A DNA stretch of 64,000 nucleotides, taken from contig CM038998.1 in NCBI GenBank assembly GCA_017499595.2, positions 1,984,001 to 2,048,000 on the forward strand, in the 5' to 3' direction. The notes beneath the pieces are model-generated. The model was given only the letters and a program-made list of their open reading frames with translations, had not been told where the DNA came from and searched no databases. The number at the start of each line of letters is the position of its first letter. The first letter of the stretch is position 1. A program made the translations under genes and the position numbers. This stretch comes from Psilocybe cubensis. Its lineage: Eukaryota. Shown one piece after another: positions 8,776-21,409 of this stretch.

Positions 8776-11570
8776 ATGACTGAATTTCGCTCTCCCCTTG
8801 CGTTGCCCAAAATCCCAGATGACTTGACAATCCCCCAGTTCATTCTTCGAGGCAGCGGGACCAACGAGTTACCTCGACCTGCGAGGCCAAGCAATGTCCC
8901 TTTCTTCATTGAGGACCGTACTGGCCGTGGGGTTGTTTATGAGGAGGTCTGCCGTGGATATCACAGATGCGAAAAAATCTCATGCAGATGTCTTCTCGTT
9001 TCAGGCTCACTATCGTACATACGGCCTTGCGAACGCTTTAAGTTTAAAGTGGAACATTGGTTTGTAAATTTGACTTTGATATGACATTCCCTGAATATGA
9101 TTGTCTGCTACTAGGCCCGCAAGATGTTGGTGCGTGTTATTCTCTAGTCCGTTCCACTGCTTGGATGAAATGACTAAAGCGGTCACCCTGGACAGTTTGT
9201 TTATTTAGTCCAAATCATATTGGTTGGACCTCCTCTCTACATCTGTATGGTGATCTTACTGATATTTACTCTTCTGCGAACAAAGATTACGCAACCATCA
9301 TTTGGGCGGTTCACGCACTGGGAGGTATAATAACGTAAGTTTTCTCAGGTTATACTTCGTAATAATATCGGCAATTCAATTGACATTCATGTTTAATGTT
9401 GCAGCCCAGCGAACCCGGCATATACAGCAGAAGAGCTTGCATATCAACTATCTTTAACGAAAGCAAAGCTTATTGCCGTTCATCCTGAACATCTTAATGC
9501 TGCTTTGGCTGCTGCGCAGTCCTGCGGTCTTTCTGAAGCATCGTTCTTTGTTTTGGGCCCGAGTGAAAAACCGGAAATACCAACAATTGATGAGCTTGTC
9601 ACCTTTGGCGCCAGTCGCGGCGAAAATTATAGGGCCATCCGACTCAAGCCGGGAGAGGCATCGAGAACTATCGCCTTTCTGTCCTTTTCTAGTGGAACAA
9701 CAGGTCAGCTCTGTTGAACCATAACCGCATGAAACTCAATACTTCTGCAAACGTACATCTAGGTAAACCCAAGGCAAGTACATCAATATTTTTTCAACTT
9801 TTAACTGGTTTTAAATAATAAAATATTTCAATCAGGCTGTAGCCATTTCGCACTACGGTGTCATTGCAAATATAATCCAGATGGCTACCCACTACAGAAT
9901 AAATGATCCAACATGGCCATCCAAATATGTGTCTCCAGGTGATGTGGTTTTAGGAAGTAAGTGGTGGCTCAGAGAAATGACATTGTCAGCATATATCTTT
10001 GATCTCTGACTAAACCCATTTGTAGTACTCCCCTTCTTCCGTGAGCTGTTCAGATATATAGCCATCATAATACAAGGTCATTGACAAAAGATACTGCAGA
10101 TATCTATGGACTTGTTGTTATAGTACGTTGCATTCTATTTCTATGAAGATCTTTTTGAAAGCTTTGATTGAAGATGCATTATATATTATTTTGCGGTGTA
10201 GGTCGCACTAATTCACATCGACTCTACTGCCTGCTCTTGCAACTAATGTTACACACAGGGATCTATTGTTGTCATCCCTAAATTTAATTTCTTCGACTTC
10301 TTAGAGAGCATAGAAAGACACAGGATCACACACTTGTAGTACGTCAACTTGCTAAGGGGTTTGTTTTATTTGAGTAACATGATTTTTTTGAAGCCTTGTA
10401 CCTCCTCAGATCGTCCTTTTCTGCAAAGTAATAACTTTTTGGTTATCATGGATCTCCAACTTGTTTCACTGTTGATGCCTTTTCTAGCACCCAGCGGCCA
10501 AAGGACGCGACTTCAGCTATGTCAAGTTTTGTTTATCCGGGGCAGCCCCTTTGAGCGGAGAGCTCATGTCGCAAGTATCGAAAGTTTTTCCCAACGCTGT
10601 CATCGGCCAAGGATATGGTCAGTAGACGCGCATCTTACCCTTCAAATGGCCAAAAGCTTTAGCTCTCTTTGTAGGTCTTACGGAAACCTCTACTACCATT
10701 TGCTCTATCCGTCATGATCGCAAACTGGGTACAGTTGGCAGTGCCGGAGAATTGATTCCTGGTATCACCGCAAAGGTCGTAAAGCCAGACGGAACGTATG
10801 CCAAGGAAGGAGAACAAGGTGAACTGGTGGTGAAGGGACCCAACATGGCCATGGGGTATTACAATAATCCCACAGCGTATGTAATAGTTTTGTTTATCTC
10901 TGACATATTGACCGAATACATCCTGCACTCCAGCACGGCTGAGACGTTTGTGGACGGTTGGGTCCGGACAGGCGATGAAGTCATCATAAAGGAACTTGAG
11001 GTCTTCATCGTTGATCGATTAAAGGTAAACAATTAGCCATAATTTCTCGTAAATAACTCACGTAATCTACCAACAGGAAATTTTGAAAGTACGCGGCTTC
11101 CAGGTGGCACCAGCTGAGCTTGAAGGACATCTCCTACTTCATCCTGATGTCGCCGATGCATGCGTAGTAGGAATTCCAGACGAATACAGTGGCGAAATAC
11201 CCCTTGCTTATGTTGTCCCTTCTGTCGATGCCCTCAAACGCATGGAAAATAACGAAAATGCCGCAGAAGAGCTGAAGAAAGAAATCCAGAGGGTAGCCTG
11301 TTTTAACAAAAACAGTTTGCATGGTGTTAATTTACTGACCATGTTTACTCCCAATAGCATGTCTCTGCTGCCAAAGTTCAGTATAAATGGCTTTCTGGAG
11401 GCGTAGAGTTCATTGACGCCATCCCAAAGAATCCGTCAGGTAAAATTGTAAGTTTGGACATGTTCTATCGTTTCAGACTGGACGTTGAAGGTCACCTACA
11501 GCTTCGACGCGTTCTTCGAGAGCAGGCGAAAACAAGACGGTCATTGAAGCCGTTGAAACCTAAATTGTGA
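8776..11570 (+). CDS. 4-coumarate-CoA ligase/luciferase-like adenylate-forming acyl-CoA ligase with a PTS1-like C-terminus (PKL)
   Basis: ANL motifs FSSGTTGKPK, GQGYGLTET, RTGD, VDRLKEILKVRGFQVAPAELE and PKNPSGKI; many short introns; ends KPLKPKL*. Confidence 0.9.
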
Positions 11571-11893
11571 TGAGGCGAAGATATCTGTTGATTATTTATT
11601 ATACGCAATAGGGGTAAAGGGTTGCCGGGCCGTTAAAGACGTCGTGTGCTACCTTGCTCAGGCTTCACGGAAATCCTTGCTGTTCAGTGGAGTCACAATA
11701 GACTCAGTAGTCCTAGTTTAAAATACGATGCTGTTGCAGTGCAATCGAATACTGTTAATGGTCTGTCCAAGTGGGCCCAAAGTGGATGTCAGAGCAATGT
11801 GCATGCGGGCACGTTGCACTTTTTATAGTGGATGCAATAAGTGATGAAGCAGAGCAGCTCCATTCTGGTCTTGTCCTTGTTTTTATCGTATCT

Positions 11894-14498
11894 ATGAAGT
11901 TTAGACGGTCTGTTCAGCAGCCCAAATATGTGGAAGAGCCAAAGTCTATTGCGCCTGCTCTGTTGTCAGATCCAGCTTTCTCACCTGACCCGCATCTGAA
12001 CCCTTATTATGTTCTCAATGGAGAACCTGCTGAGCCGCCAGTGGGCCACCCATCTCTAAAAGCCAAAAATCGAAGGCGACACTCGGATTTCGCACAACCA
12101 ATTTTGGCCTCTGATTCCTTCGATTTCGACCTTATACCTCCCCCCAACTCTCCAGTTGCACCGAGTCCTGTTCCAAAGGTTGCTCACTTTCCCTTTCCCT
12201 CCCACAACCCACCGCCTGTGGCAGCAGTGACACCGCCTACTACTCAACCACCCGTTGCAGCACACACTCGAGCTTCTGTGGCCTTTGCCACAGTTACTTT
12301 GCCTAAGGAACACAAGAAGCGACGCATGCCGTTTCTATCTCGTCTCAAATCGTCTGTAGTGTCCGTAGACTCCCCTGCTGCCGTACCGACGCGGAATGCC
12401 CGGGCAGAGGATGATGTCACCCAACAAACACGGCCCGTCCTCGCACCCCGCAATGCCTCAGAGCCACCCAAATCCTCGACGAGGACAAGGCCAGGGTATC
12501 CTATGCGAAGTATGACCGTTTCTGGAGCTAGCACTCCAACAGCTAGAAGTGTGGGCAAATCAATAGCACCGAGTCAGATATCTATCGCCCGCACCAATGA
12601 CTTGGACAGAATTGATGAGCTCGATGATACAAATCCCTGGGGGATTTCTCTACACCATAAAGGTCCTTATGAAGCAGCCACTCAAGCCTTGAAAAGTTCC
12701 AATTCTTCTGCCATTTGGGGGACGGGGACCAGTGCATTTAGTGATTATCCTCGCCAGGCTTTGCATGCTCATGGAAATGTAAGCATTTATCTCGTTGTTC
12801 GGGTTTACATCCTTCTCATCGTTTCCACTACAGCTTTACGTTCCACCACAAGTACCTACAGGTGTGTCATTGAACCTCTCGCCAGGTCAAATACTTCCCC
12901 GGAACTTCGATATTTCTCCGCAAGCGCAATATCCGCGCCCACAAGCAGCTGCTTCTGGACTACCATTGAATAGACAGCCCCCAAATGTTTTAATACAAGG
13001 TACCCCTATGGCTAGACGTATATCTCTCCCAATACCATCTCCAGGCCCACTGCCAAATCCTCACCCCATAGTATACCCTATTCCATCTCGTGATCCAGTA
13101 TCACCACGAGAACCTCAGCCATCCCCAATGCCGGCACTGGGGTCAGAAGATGACCTGCCAGAAGCCATGCCATTTGACATTGGTATGGCTATGCTACATC
13201 CTGCTGCATCAACATCTGTTTCTTCAATCCCTTCCATTTATTTGCACCCCGAATCATCAGATGACGGCGAATTTGATCCTTACGACCCTGTTAATCTTGA
13301 GAGGGACCACCCTCATACACCGTCTTTGCAGCTCAATTCAACTGCGGAACAGTCTCGTGGGCCATCGCCTGATCCTCAGCCTGAGAGGCTCATTCCACAG
13401 CCCTCCATATTTAGAAGTTCCCCGGAGAATCCAGATAGTACTCTCCAGCAAAGCTCCCACTCACGCGGTTCTGAGAGCCCTCCTTTGAATAATGATGCAG
13501 AATATACTGTCCCTCGTACCCTGTTGCCTGCTACCCCTATTGATCCTTCACGAACTGCTTTGCCAAACACAAGTCCTGTATCCCCACTTTCGTCATTACA
13601 TCGAAACCGCGACGAGAAATCCGAACAAGTTAACTCGATTTCTGGACGTTTTGAAAACCCTCTTCAGCTGAACTCAGAAAACCAAACGGAGAATCATGGC
13701 AAGGTACCGTCAGCGCAAAGTAACCAGGAGCGTGTTTACCCTGTGGAATCAACGCCTAACCAAAGCCTTGACACACATGCGCCACTAGTCGACCAGATGC
13801 TTCCTACACAAGAACCGAATCCTAATGTGAGATCCACTAACTCCCATGGACATGATTTCCGCAGCGATGATCAGAGCTCCCAAGTTATTCCTGCTCAGCC
13901 CACTGGTGAACGTGGCCAGAAACTAAGACCATCTTCGAATGAGCGAGTTCGGGATGCTCCCAGTTCTCGTTATGCTCCTAGTACCCATCAGACCATATCA
14001 ACATATAGTTCTAGTCAGATGCGAAATGGCCCACCTCCCAATCGTCATGTTCCAAAACATCTTGTGATGCCAACACCCTTACAAAACAATCCCAATTTTA
14101 CTCCCCCTCAAAATCGACCACAGATGATAGCTCAACCAGTGTTACCTTCGCAATTCGGTTCCGCGAAGGTCCAAGTTCAAGTACGAACGCAGCCGAGAGC
14201 ACCGTACCTTCAACCCCCTTATTCTCAATCCCAGCAACTATTTGCACCGGTGCAACCAGGTTCTACACCTACATCTAACAAACTAATATCTTCCAGTAAA
14301 TTACGAAAGAAAGTCAGCACAAAGATGATAACTCCGACACCGGATACCAATTCACGACATCCGATAGTTACAACAGTTTCTTTTGCACCTCCCGTCATTG
14401 GGTTTTCACAGTCTCCCTCTGCCGAAAGACCCAGCGGACGATCAAAGATTGACAAGATACCCAAACGAGTTCTCAGCAAACGTAGAACGGACTTCTGA
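11894..14498 (+). CDS. Pro/Ser/Gln-rich hypothetical protein; start uncertain
   Basis: Two long ORFs joined by an intron at about 12779..12832; conserved-looking block DLDRIDELDDTNPWGISLHHKGPYEA. Confidence 0.7.
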
Positions 14499-14870
14499 TT
14501 TCATAACGAGTGCCCATCACGAATACGTTTTTACAGACAATTTTTATCATTCTTATTATCGCGAGCACCAAGATTGCATTCACTTTACTTCATCCAACTC
14601 TCATGTATTGTCTTTGTCCTTTCAATCCTCGTACTTAGATATCCTGCATCGTCAAATCCCATCATTACAATCATTCTTTACCCCGGAACCTTGCTACGTT
14701 ATATGTATAATGCTTTGTGACGAGATTAAATCCAGCCGCTTATAATATGTACGCAAAACATGATACCGTTGACATATTTTTAAATGAAAAACATCTTTGC
14801 AGTGTCAAATCAATTGCTAAAATACATTCAGGGAGAGAAAGAGAGTATAAAAAACTAGTGTACAATGAAT

Positions 14871-15740
14871 TCAATAAGCTAGTCTGAACATGAACTGGAA
14901 GCTGTATTGTTTTGTATCAGGGTCCCAGTGCGACCAATTCCAGTACCCAGCATCATCGGCCTCGTCCTCAATTTCACGCGCGGGGATACGGAATGCAATG
15001 GTTTCGTATGGTTCAGCTGCAACCTAAGAATAATTAGATGACGATTAAATAAGGAAAGATATGACTTACGATGAGATACTGGTATGCTTTGTTTGGAGGT
15101 TCTCGCTTTTGTTCCCAAGCGCTCATAAACCTCCGACGGGGTAAAACACCCTCCTTAATTTGTGGCAAGTGGACTTGAACCATCATGCCTTCTTTGCCTG
15201 TGTCTCTGTCACGGACTTTGGTGACTCTGTATCCAGGTCGGCCAATTTTCAGGAACACTTTGCGTTGAACGTTGCTTTGTGTGGGAGCAATGGTTAGTTG
15301 TGTATCTTTGGCGTCACGCGCAGCACGGCGAGCAAGGTTGGTCTGATGCTTTTTCCCTTGGGTATGTGCAAGATAGGACCCTTCATTTGTATGTAATGTT
15401 AGACATAGACGACATTCGAGTGATCCCAGATGGTTGCGGAGAATGTAAGGATCCTGTGCATGGTATTGTATGAGCTATTGATTAATGTCAACAGAGAAAC
15501 TCACCTTGGCAAGATCAATAGTCTCAAGAGCCAGTTTTCTGAGACGTTCCCTTCTGTCTACATTGGTTTCTGAAGCACCAGCGACTCCTCCTCCACCGAA
15601 TTTTGAGCCAACGCGATTCTAAGTCAACAGCTCAACGTGGCAACAAAGTTATAAAATGCGAATAAAGCAAACCTGGTAGTCTGTAGGTAAAGTCAGCAAG
15701 GAATAAAAAAAAGTTGAATAGATATGATAAACTCACCCAT
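14871..15740 (-). CDS. SF3A2: Splicing factor 3A subunit 2 (SAP62/Prp11)
   Basis: Spliced MDYQNRVGSKFGGGGVAG...RERLRKLALETIDL; U1C-type Zn finger ECRLCLTLHTNEGSYLAHTQGKKH; KIGRPGYRVTK; FMSAWEQ. Confidence 0.95.
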
Positions 15741-15990
15741 GTTCCTTTTGAAACTATTCTCCCCAAAGTAACAGACGAGTTGCGAGAGGTCAAGTGAAGG
15801 TCGCGTTCAAGGTCACGACTTCGTTTGATGCGACGGTTATGTAATCCACATTTAGCAGGTCCGGCTTCCCGATCCTGCCAAAAATTCTGTTCAGGTTGTA
15901 AGCGAAGGGTCTCCAATTGACGCCCACACCTTTCCGCTTTTTCATACCCCTCGGCCTTCTCTACATTCTTTCTGCTTGAACATAGAAAGT

Positions 15991-18900
15991 ATGGCTGCGC
16001 TGAAACGTACTCTGGATGACTCTACGTCAAGCCGTAAACCCAAAAAATCCAGAACAGAATCACATCAAACTAAAGCTTCTTCGTCCCAAACTAGCAAAAC
16101 TTCGTCCTTGTTGTCCACTGAGGTTGACTTTCCTAGAGGAGGAGGAACGTCTTTTACTCCACTTGAAGTTAAAGCTATCAGAGCAGAGGCTGTAAAAGAA
16201 GCTAACGCTGAACTTTTTCAAGTCAGAGTTTTTCTGTACCCCCATTCTCGATATCTGACTTTCGTTTTAAGGATGTTTCCAACGAAAAAAAAAGCAAAAA
16301 GAAGAAGAGAAAGACTGATGTAGAATCTTCAAAAGCCCAACCTTCAGAATCAAAAGACAAGATTAGAATCGAACATCTCAATTATAAAGTGCGTCTTGCA
16401 GGTGCTGTATGGTGACTATGGCTCTTATATTTCGTACACAATTTAGCGCCTGAATGTGGGAATGAAAATTTTTGGCCAAGTTGTCTCTATCTTACCGCTT
16501 GCGTTGATCATCTCATTACCCAATCAACTCTTTGCCCACGTCCCAATAACGAATATATCCTCTCAATACACCCAAAACCTGGAGCGGGCTGAGGAGGAAG
16601 AAGACTCAATAATGGACGACGAAGAAGATGAAGAAAATCTTAAAAATGGTATACCAGAGCTGTTCGAGTTATTCAGGGTTGGACAATATGTACGAGCCGT
16701 TGTTTCTGCCGTTCACCAGCCCGGTGCAAGCGACACTTCTGGCATAGGCAAAGCAAGAGATGATGCCACTAAAGCAAGCAAGAGGATCGAGCTTTCCTTG
16801 ATTCCTGAAAGTGTTAATGCTGGAGTTTCGAAATCTGATCTGAAAGAAGGATTCGTAAGTTATTATTATTATTGTACGGTCCCGAGTTTATTAGGTGACC
16901 TTGGCTATAGACGATTACTGCTGCTGTAAAAAGCAGTGAGGACCATGGTTACATTCTCGACCTTGGAATTGCAGACGTCTCGGGTTTCTTACCTCAGAAA
17001 GAGGCCGACAAGGGCAGACTAAACGACGCGAAGCTACCAGTTGGTAGCATACTGAATGTTTCAGTTACCAAAATGTCTTCGAATGGTCGAACTTGCACAG
17101 TCAGTACAGACGCCTCTATCTTTACATCCTCTTGTGTACGTCTCTTCTCTTCCGTCTCACGATTACAACACATCATGACCGTCGTTCGAAATTAGCTCTC
17201 TGAGATATCTTCAGTGACATCTGTGCTTCCCGGAACCCTTGTGCAAGCTTTGATTACCTCTGTTCATCCACACGGGCTCAATTTACAAGTACTGGGTTTC
17301 TTTGATGGAACAATCGACCGTCTACACCTTGACGAAGAGCCAGATTCCTATAAAGTTGGCAAGAAAGTCAAGGCCAGAATTTTGTATGAATACTCGTCTT
17401 CATCACCACCTAAGTTTGCTCTCGCTCTTGTTGATCACATCGTCAAACTTCGAGCGCGTATGGGGGTTGGTAAAAACGAGGCGGAGAGTGGCAACAGTAT
17501 CCAGGAGCTATACCCTGTCGGCACGCTGCTGGATGCTGTCAAAGTAGTCCGATTAGAGACTGAACGTGGCTTGATCGCTGAAATTGCTCCTGGCATTGAA
17601 GGATTTGCCCATGTTGGTTTTATCTTTCAATATAGAATACCTATTGATACTGAATTAGCGTCGCACAGATTTCTCATATATCTGATGATCATGTTCCATC
17701 TCTCTCACCGTCAGGATCATGGAAACCTGGCTCCTTTCACCCTGCACGTGTCACTGGTTTCTTCTCCTTTGATGGTCTTCTTCAGTTATCGTTGAAGCCG
17801 TCTATCATACAACAGAAATACTTCCAGGTGGGAGATGTTGAGGTTGGGGAAGTAGTCAAAGGTACCATCAAAAAGCTCACAGACACTGGTCTCTTTGTAT
17901 CGCTGTCAGGTGGTGTTGATGGTGTTATATGGCCTAATCATTACGCCGACATCGTATTGAAGCACCCGGCGAAAAGGTTCAAAGAAGGCGCCAGTATTAA
18001 ATGCCGAGTAGGACAACAAACTTATCATGTATCAACATCTTCTCACATCTCTTTATGCCAGGTTCTTGTTGTCGATCCTGAGCGGAAGCGCATCTCACTG
18101 ACTGCCAAGAAAACTCTGGTGGATTCAAATCTTCCTGTTCTTTCAAGAATAGAAGATATTGTCCCAGGAGTAGTGACTCACGCTGTAGTTTTCAGAATCT
18201 ATGAAAAGCATCTTTTAATAGAATTTTTCAACAATCTGAAAGCAATAGTGCCCTCAAAAGAAATCAGGTTAGTCGTTAATTTATCTCTATCGAGAATATT
18301 TACTGAGGTCCACACACAGCGATACACCGAAAAGCCAGCTTTCCGAAGCCTTTCCTCCTGGACGAGTTGTCCGTGTTCGAATCCTGGGTGTTGATGAAGG
18401 CCGCGTCACAGCCAGCATCCGTCAGGCTAATTCCAACTTTGAAGTCGTCACGGATATCAGTGCCATCGAAATAGGCAACACCGTAGAAGGCACAGTGGCT
18501 GAAATACACAAAGATAACGCCGTCCTCACCTTGCAACCGTCCCGGGTCAAAGCCCTCCTTTCACTTAAAAACCTCGCGAACCATCGCGGTTTGTCTGTTC
18601 CTCAATTGCGCCTCAGCTTAAAGGTTGGCGAGAAATTGGATGAATTGGTTGTGGTCACTCGGAATCCCGAAAAGGCGTTTGTTTTGGTTGCAAATAAACC
18701 TAAAACTAAAGGAGTATCATTATCGAAGGGCTCTGCTGTAACAATGGAAAATGTCTCTATCGGGCAGCTTGTAGGTGGACGCATTACTCGTCACACGCGC
18801 CATGGTGCTCTTGTCAAAGTTTCTTCAAATATTGGCGGAATATTGCACTTGACCGATCTAGAGGATGATTTTGGTGGTGGCATCACACTGCCTGCCATTG

Positions 18901-21194
18901 ATTCCATTATCAAAGCAGTTGTTGTTGCCATTGATACCTCTAAGAGACAGCTAACTCTATCTACTCGCCACTCGCGAATGTACCCAGACCAAGTTCACAA
19001 TGTGGTTGATCGGGAGATCAGCTCCATTTCAGATATACAAGTGGGCGACAGTGTGCGCGGGTTTGTCAAGAACATTGCTGACCATGGTCTTTTCGTAACG
19101 ATTGGCCGGGAAGTAGATGGTCGTGTCCAAATCAGGGAGCTTTTCGATGAGGTCCGTAATCATCACGCCATCCAGTCAATTGCCTGACCTGATGTTTTCT
19201 CTTCTATTTATCAAGTATATCAAAGACTGGCAAAGTAAATTCAAAGAATATCAACTAGTTAAGGGCCGTATTATCAGGTTGGTGCCTCAGCAATACCTCA
19301 GGTAGTTTATACTGATTATATACTCCAGTTTGGACCCTGTCGGTAAAAAAGTGGAGATGTCCTTCAGATCGATTGAAGCTTCACAAAGGAAAACATCTTC
19401 TGGCGTCACCTTGAGCGATCTCAAGGAAGGTCAAAAGGTTTCTGGACTTGTGAAGAAGATCGAAGACTACGGTTTGTTCATTCAAATCAATGACTCAAAA
19501 CTAAGCGGTCTTTGTCATAAATCTCAGGTTTGTACTTTCTGTTCATTCTCTGCACTATGTTAACTGATTTATATTAGCTTTCTGATAATGCTGATGCTGA
19601 CGTTGCTGGTGCTCTTCGTGGCTTCCGTGAGGGTGACAAGGTCAAGGCTTATATTTTAAGTATCGATAACCGTCGGATATCTCTCAGTTTAAAACCATCT
19701 TACTTCAGTAAAGAAGACTTGGATGAGGACACAGATCCCGAGGACGAGGATGCTGAGGAGAATGAAGATCAGGACATGGAAGGACAGAGTGTTATCGACG
19801 AACATTCGGACCAGGACATGGACCAGGACCAAAGCGGCTTGCAAGAGACTGGGTCCACCAGCCAAACCGGCAGCGATGATGATGATGACGATGATATGCA
19901 GATCAATCTTGAGCAGATGAAAATCGAGTATCAGTCGAAGAAAGCTTCAGAATCAAGTAATTCAAACAATGCTCCGAGTTCAAGAGTGCCCACTCTCTCA
20001 TTGACCGGTGGGTTCAAATGGACGGGTGATGGTCAACTTCAAGAAGAGGCAGAAGAATCATCTGACGAAGATGACGCGGATGTCGGTCAATCCAGCAAGA
20101 AGAAGCGCAAGCGCAAGCAGATCGAGTTGGACCTTACTGCGGACATGCATACCAAGGCGCCAGAGTCGAATGCTGACTTTGAACGCGTGCTTCTTGGTTC
20201 TCCGAACTCTTCGTTCCTGTGGATACAGTACATGTCTTTCCAGCTACCCCTATCGGAAATTGACAAGGCACGAGAAATCGCTCGGCGGGCCATTCAAACC
20301 ATTAATTTCCGCGAAGAAAAAGAGAGACTTAATGTTTGGATCGCGCTGCTCAATCTGGAGAATGTCTACGGCACCGACGAGACCCTGGATGCTGTTTTCA
20401 AAGAAGCTGCCCGTGCTAATGATTCTAAAACCATTCATTTGCGACTGGCCTCAATTTTCGAGCAGTCTGATAAATTTGAGGTGAGTTACGATACCCATTG
20501 ATATTTTAGACAAGTGTCTGACTTAAAAGGCGTTCTTTTTTAGAAAGCCGAGGAACAATACAAGCGAACTTGCAAAAAGTTTGGCGGAAGCTCAAAAGTT
20601 TGGACATTATTTGGTGAATTCCAGTTGAAAAGAGGAAATACTGAAGAAGGAAGGAAGCTTCTTCCACGCAGTTTGCAAAGCTTGGAAAAGCGAAAACGTG
20701 AGTGATTTTGATGTTTCGTTCCGTGTTTTGTAAACTCTTGAGATTATCTAGACTTGAAAACAATCTCCAAGTTTGCGCAAGTGGAGTACAAGTATGGTGA
20801 ACCAGAGCGAGGCAAAACATTATTTGAGGGTATTGTCGATTCTCACCCCAAACGATGGGATATGTGGTCCATTTATATGGATATGGAATCAGTGCAAGGT
20901 GATATTCAAAGTTTGAGGTATGTGCAAATGGTGCAGTTATTTGCTTAATTTATTTATGCGAATGTTAGAAACCTCTTTGACCGAGTTCTATCACTGAAAA
21001 TGACTAGTCATAAGGCCAAGTATGCTGTTTTTTTCTTGTCTCTTTTGAAACAAAATTCTTACAACCGAGTGTACAACAGATCATTCTTTAAGAAGTGGCT
21101 GGAGGTGGAGAAAAGAATTGGCGATGAAGAAGGAGTCACCATTGTCAAGCAAAAGGCAACAGAGTGGGCACAACGGGCATTAAATGGATCATGA
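15991..21194 (+). CDS. RRP5: rRNA biogenesis protein Rrp5 (S1 repeats plus C-terminal HAT/TPR repeats)
   Basis: DFPRGGG N-terminal motif, multiple S1 domains, [38 protein letters not shown]. Confidence 0.95.
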
Positions 21195-21409
21195 TTATTA
21201 GGGTGTTGGCCAGTGTAATTGTAATGCCAATTGAGCTAAGATCGTAAAGAAAATAATATTTAGGAAGGGCAACATAGACCGGAACACAGCAAAAGAAAAC
21301 TAAGTAATAGTATGAGAGGGAATCCAAGCGAATGTGTGACAAAAAAACGTAGGGTATATGCAAATTTTACATAAGTAGATCAGCGCAAGGTCGTAATAAA
21401 AGGGATATG

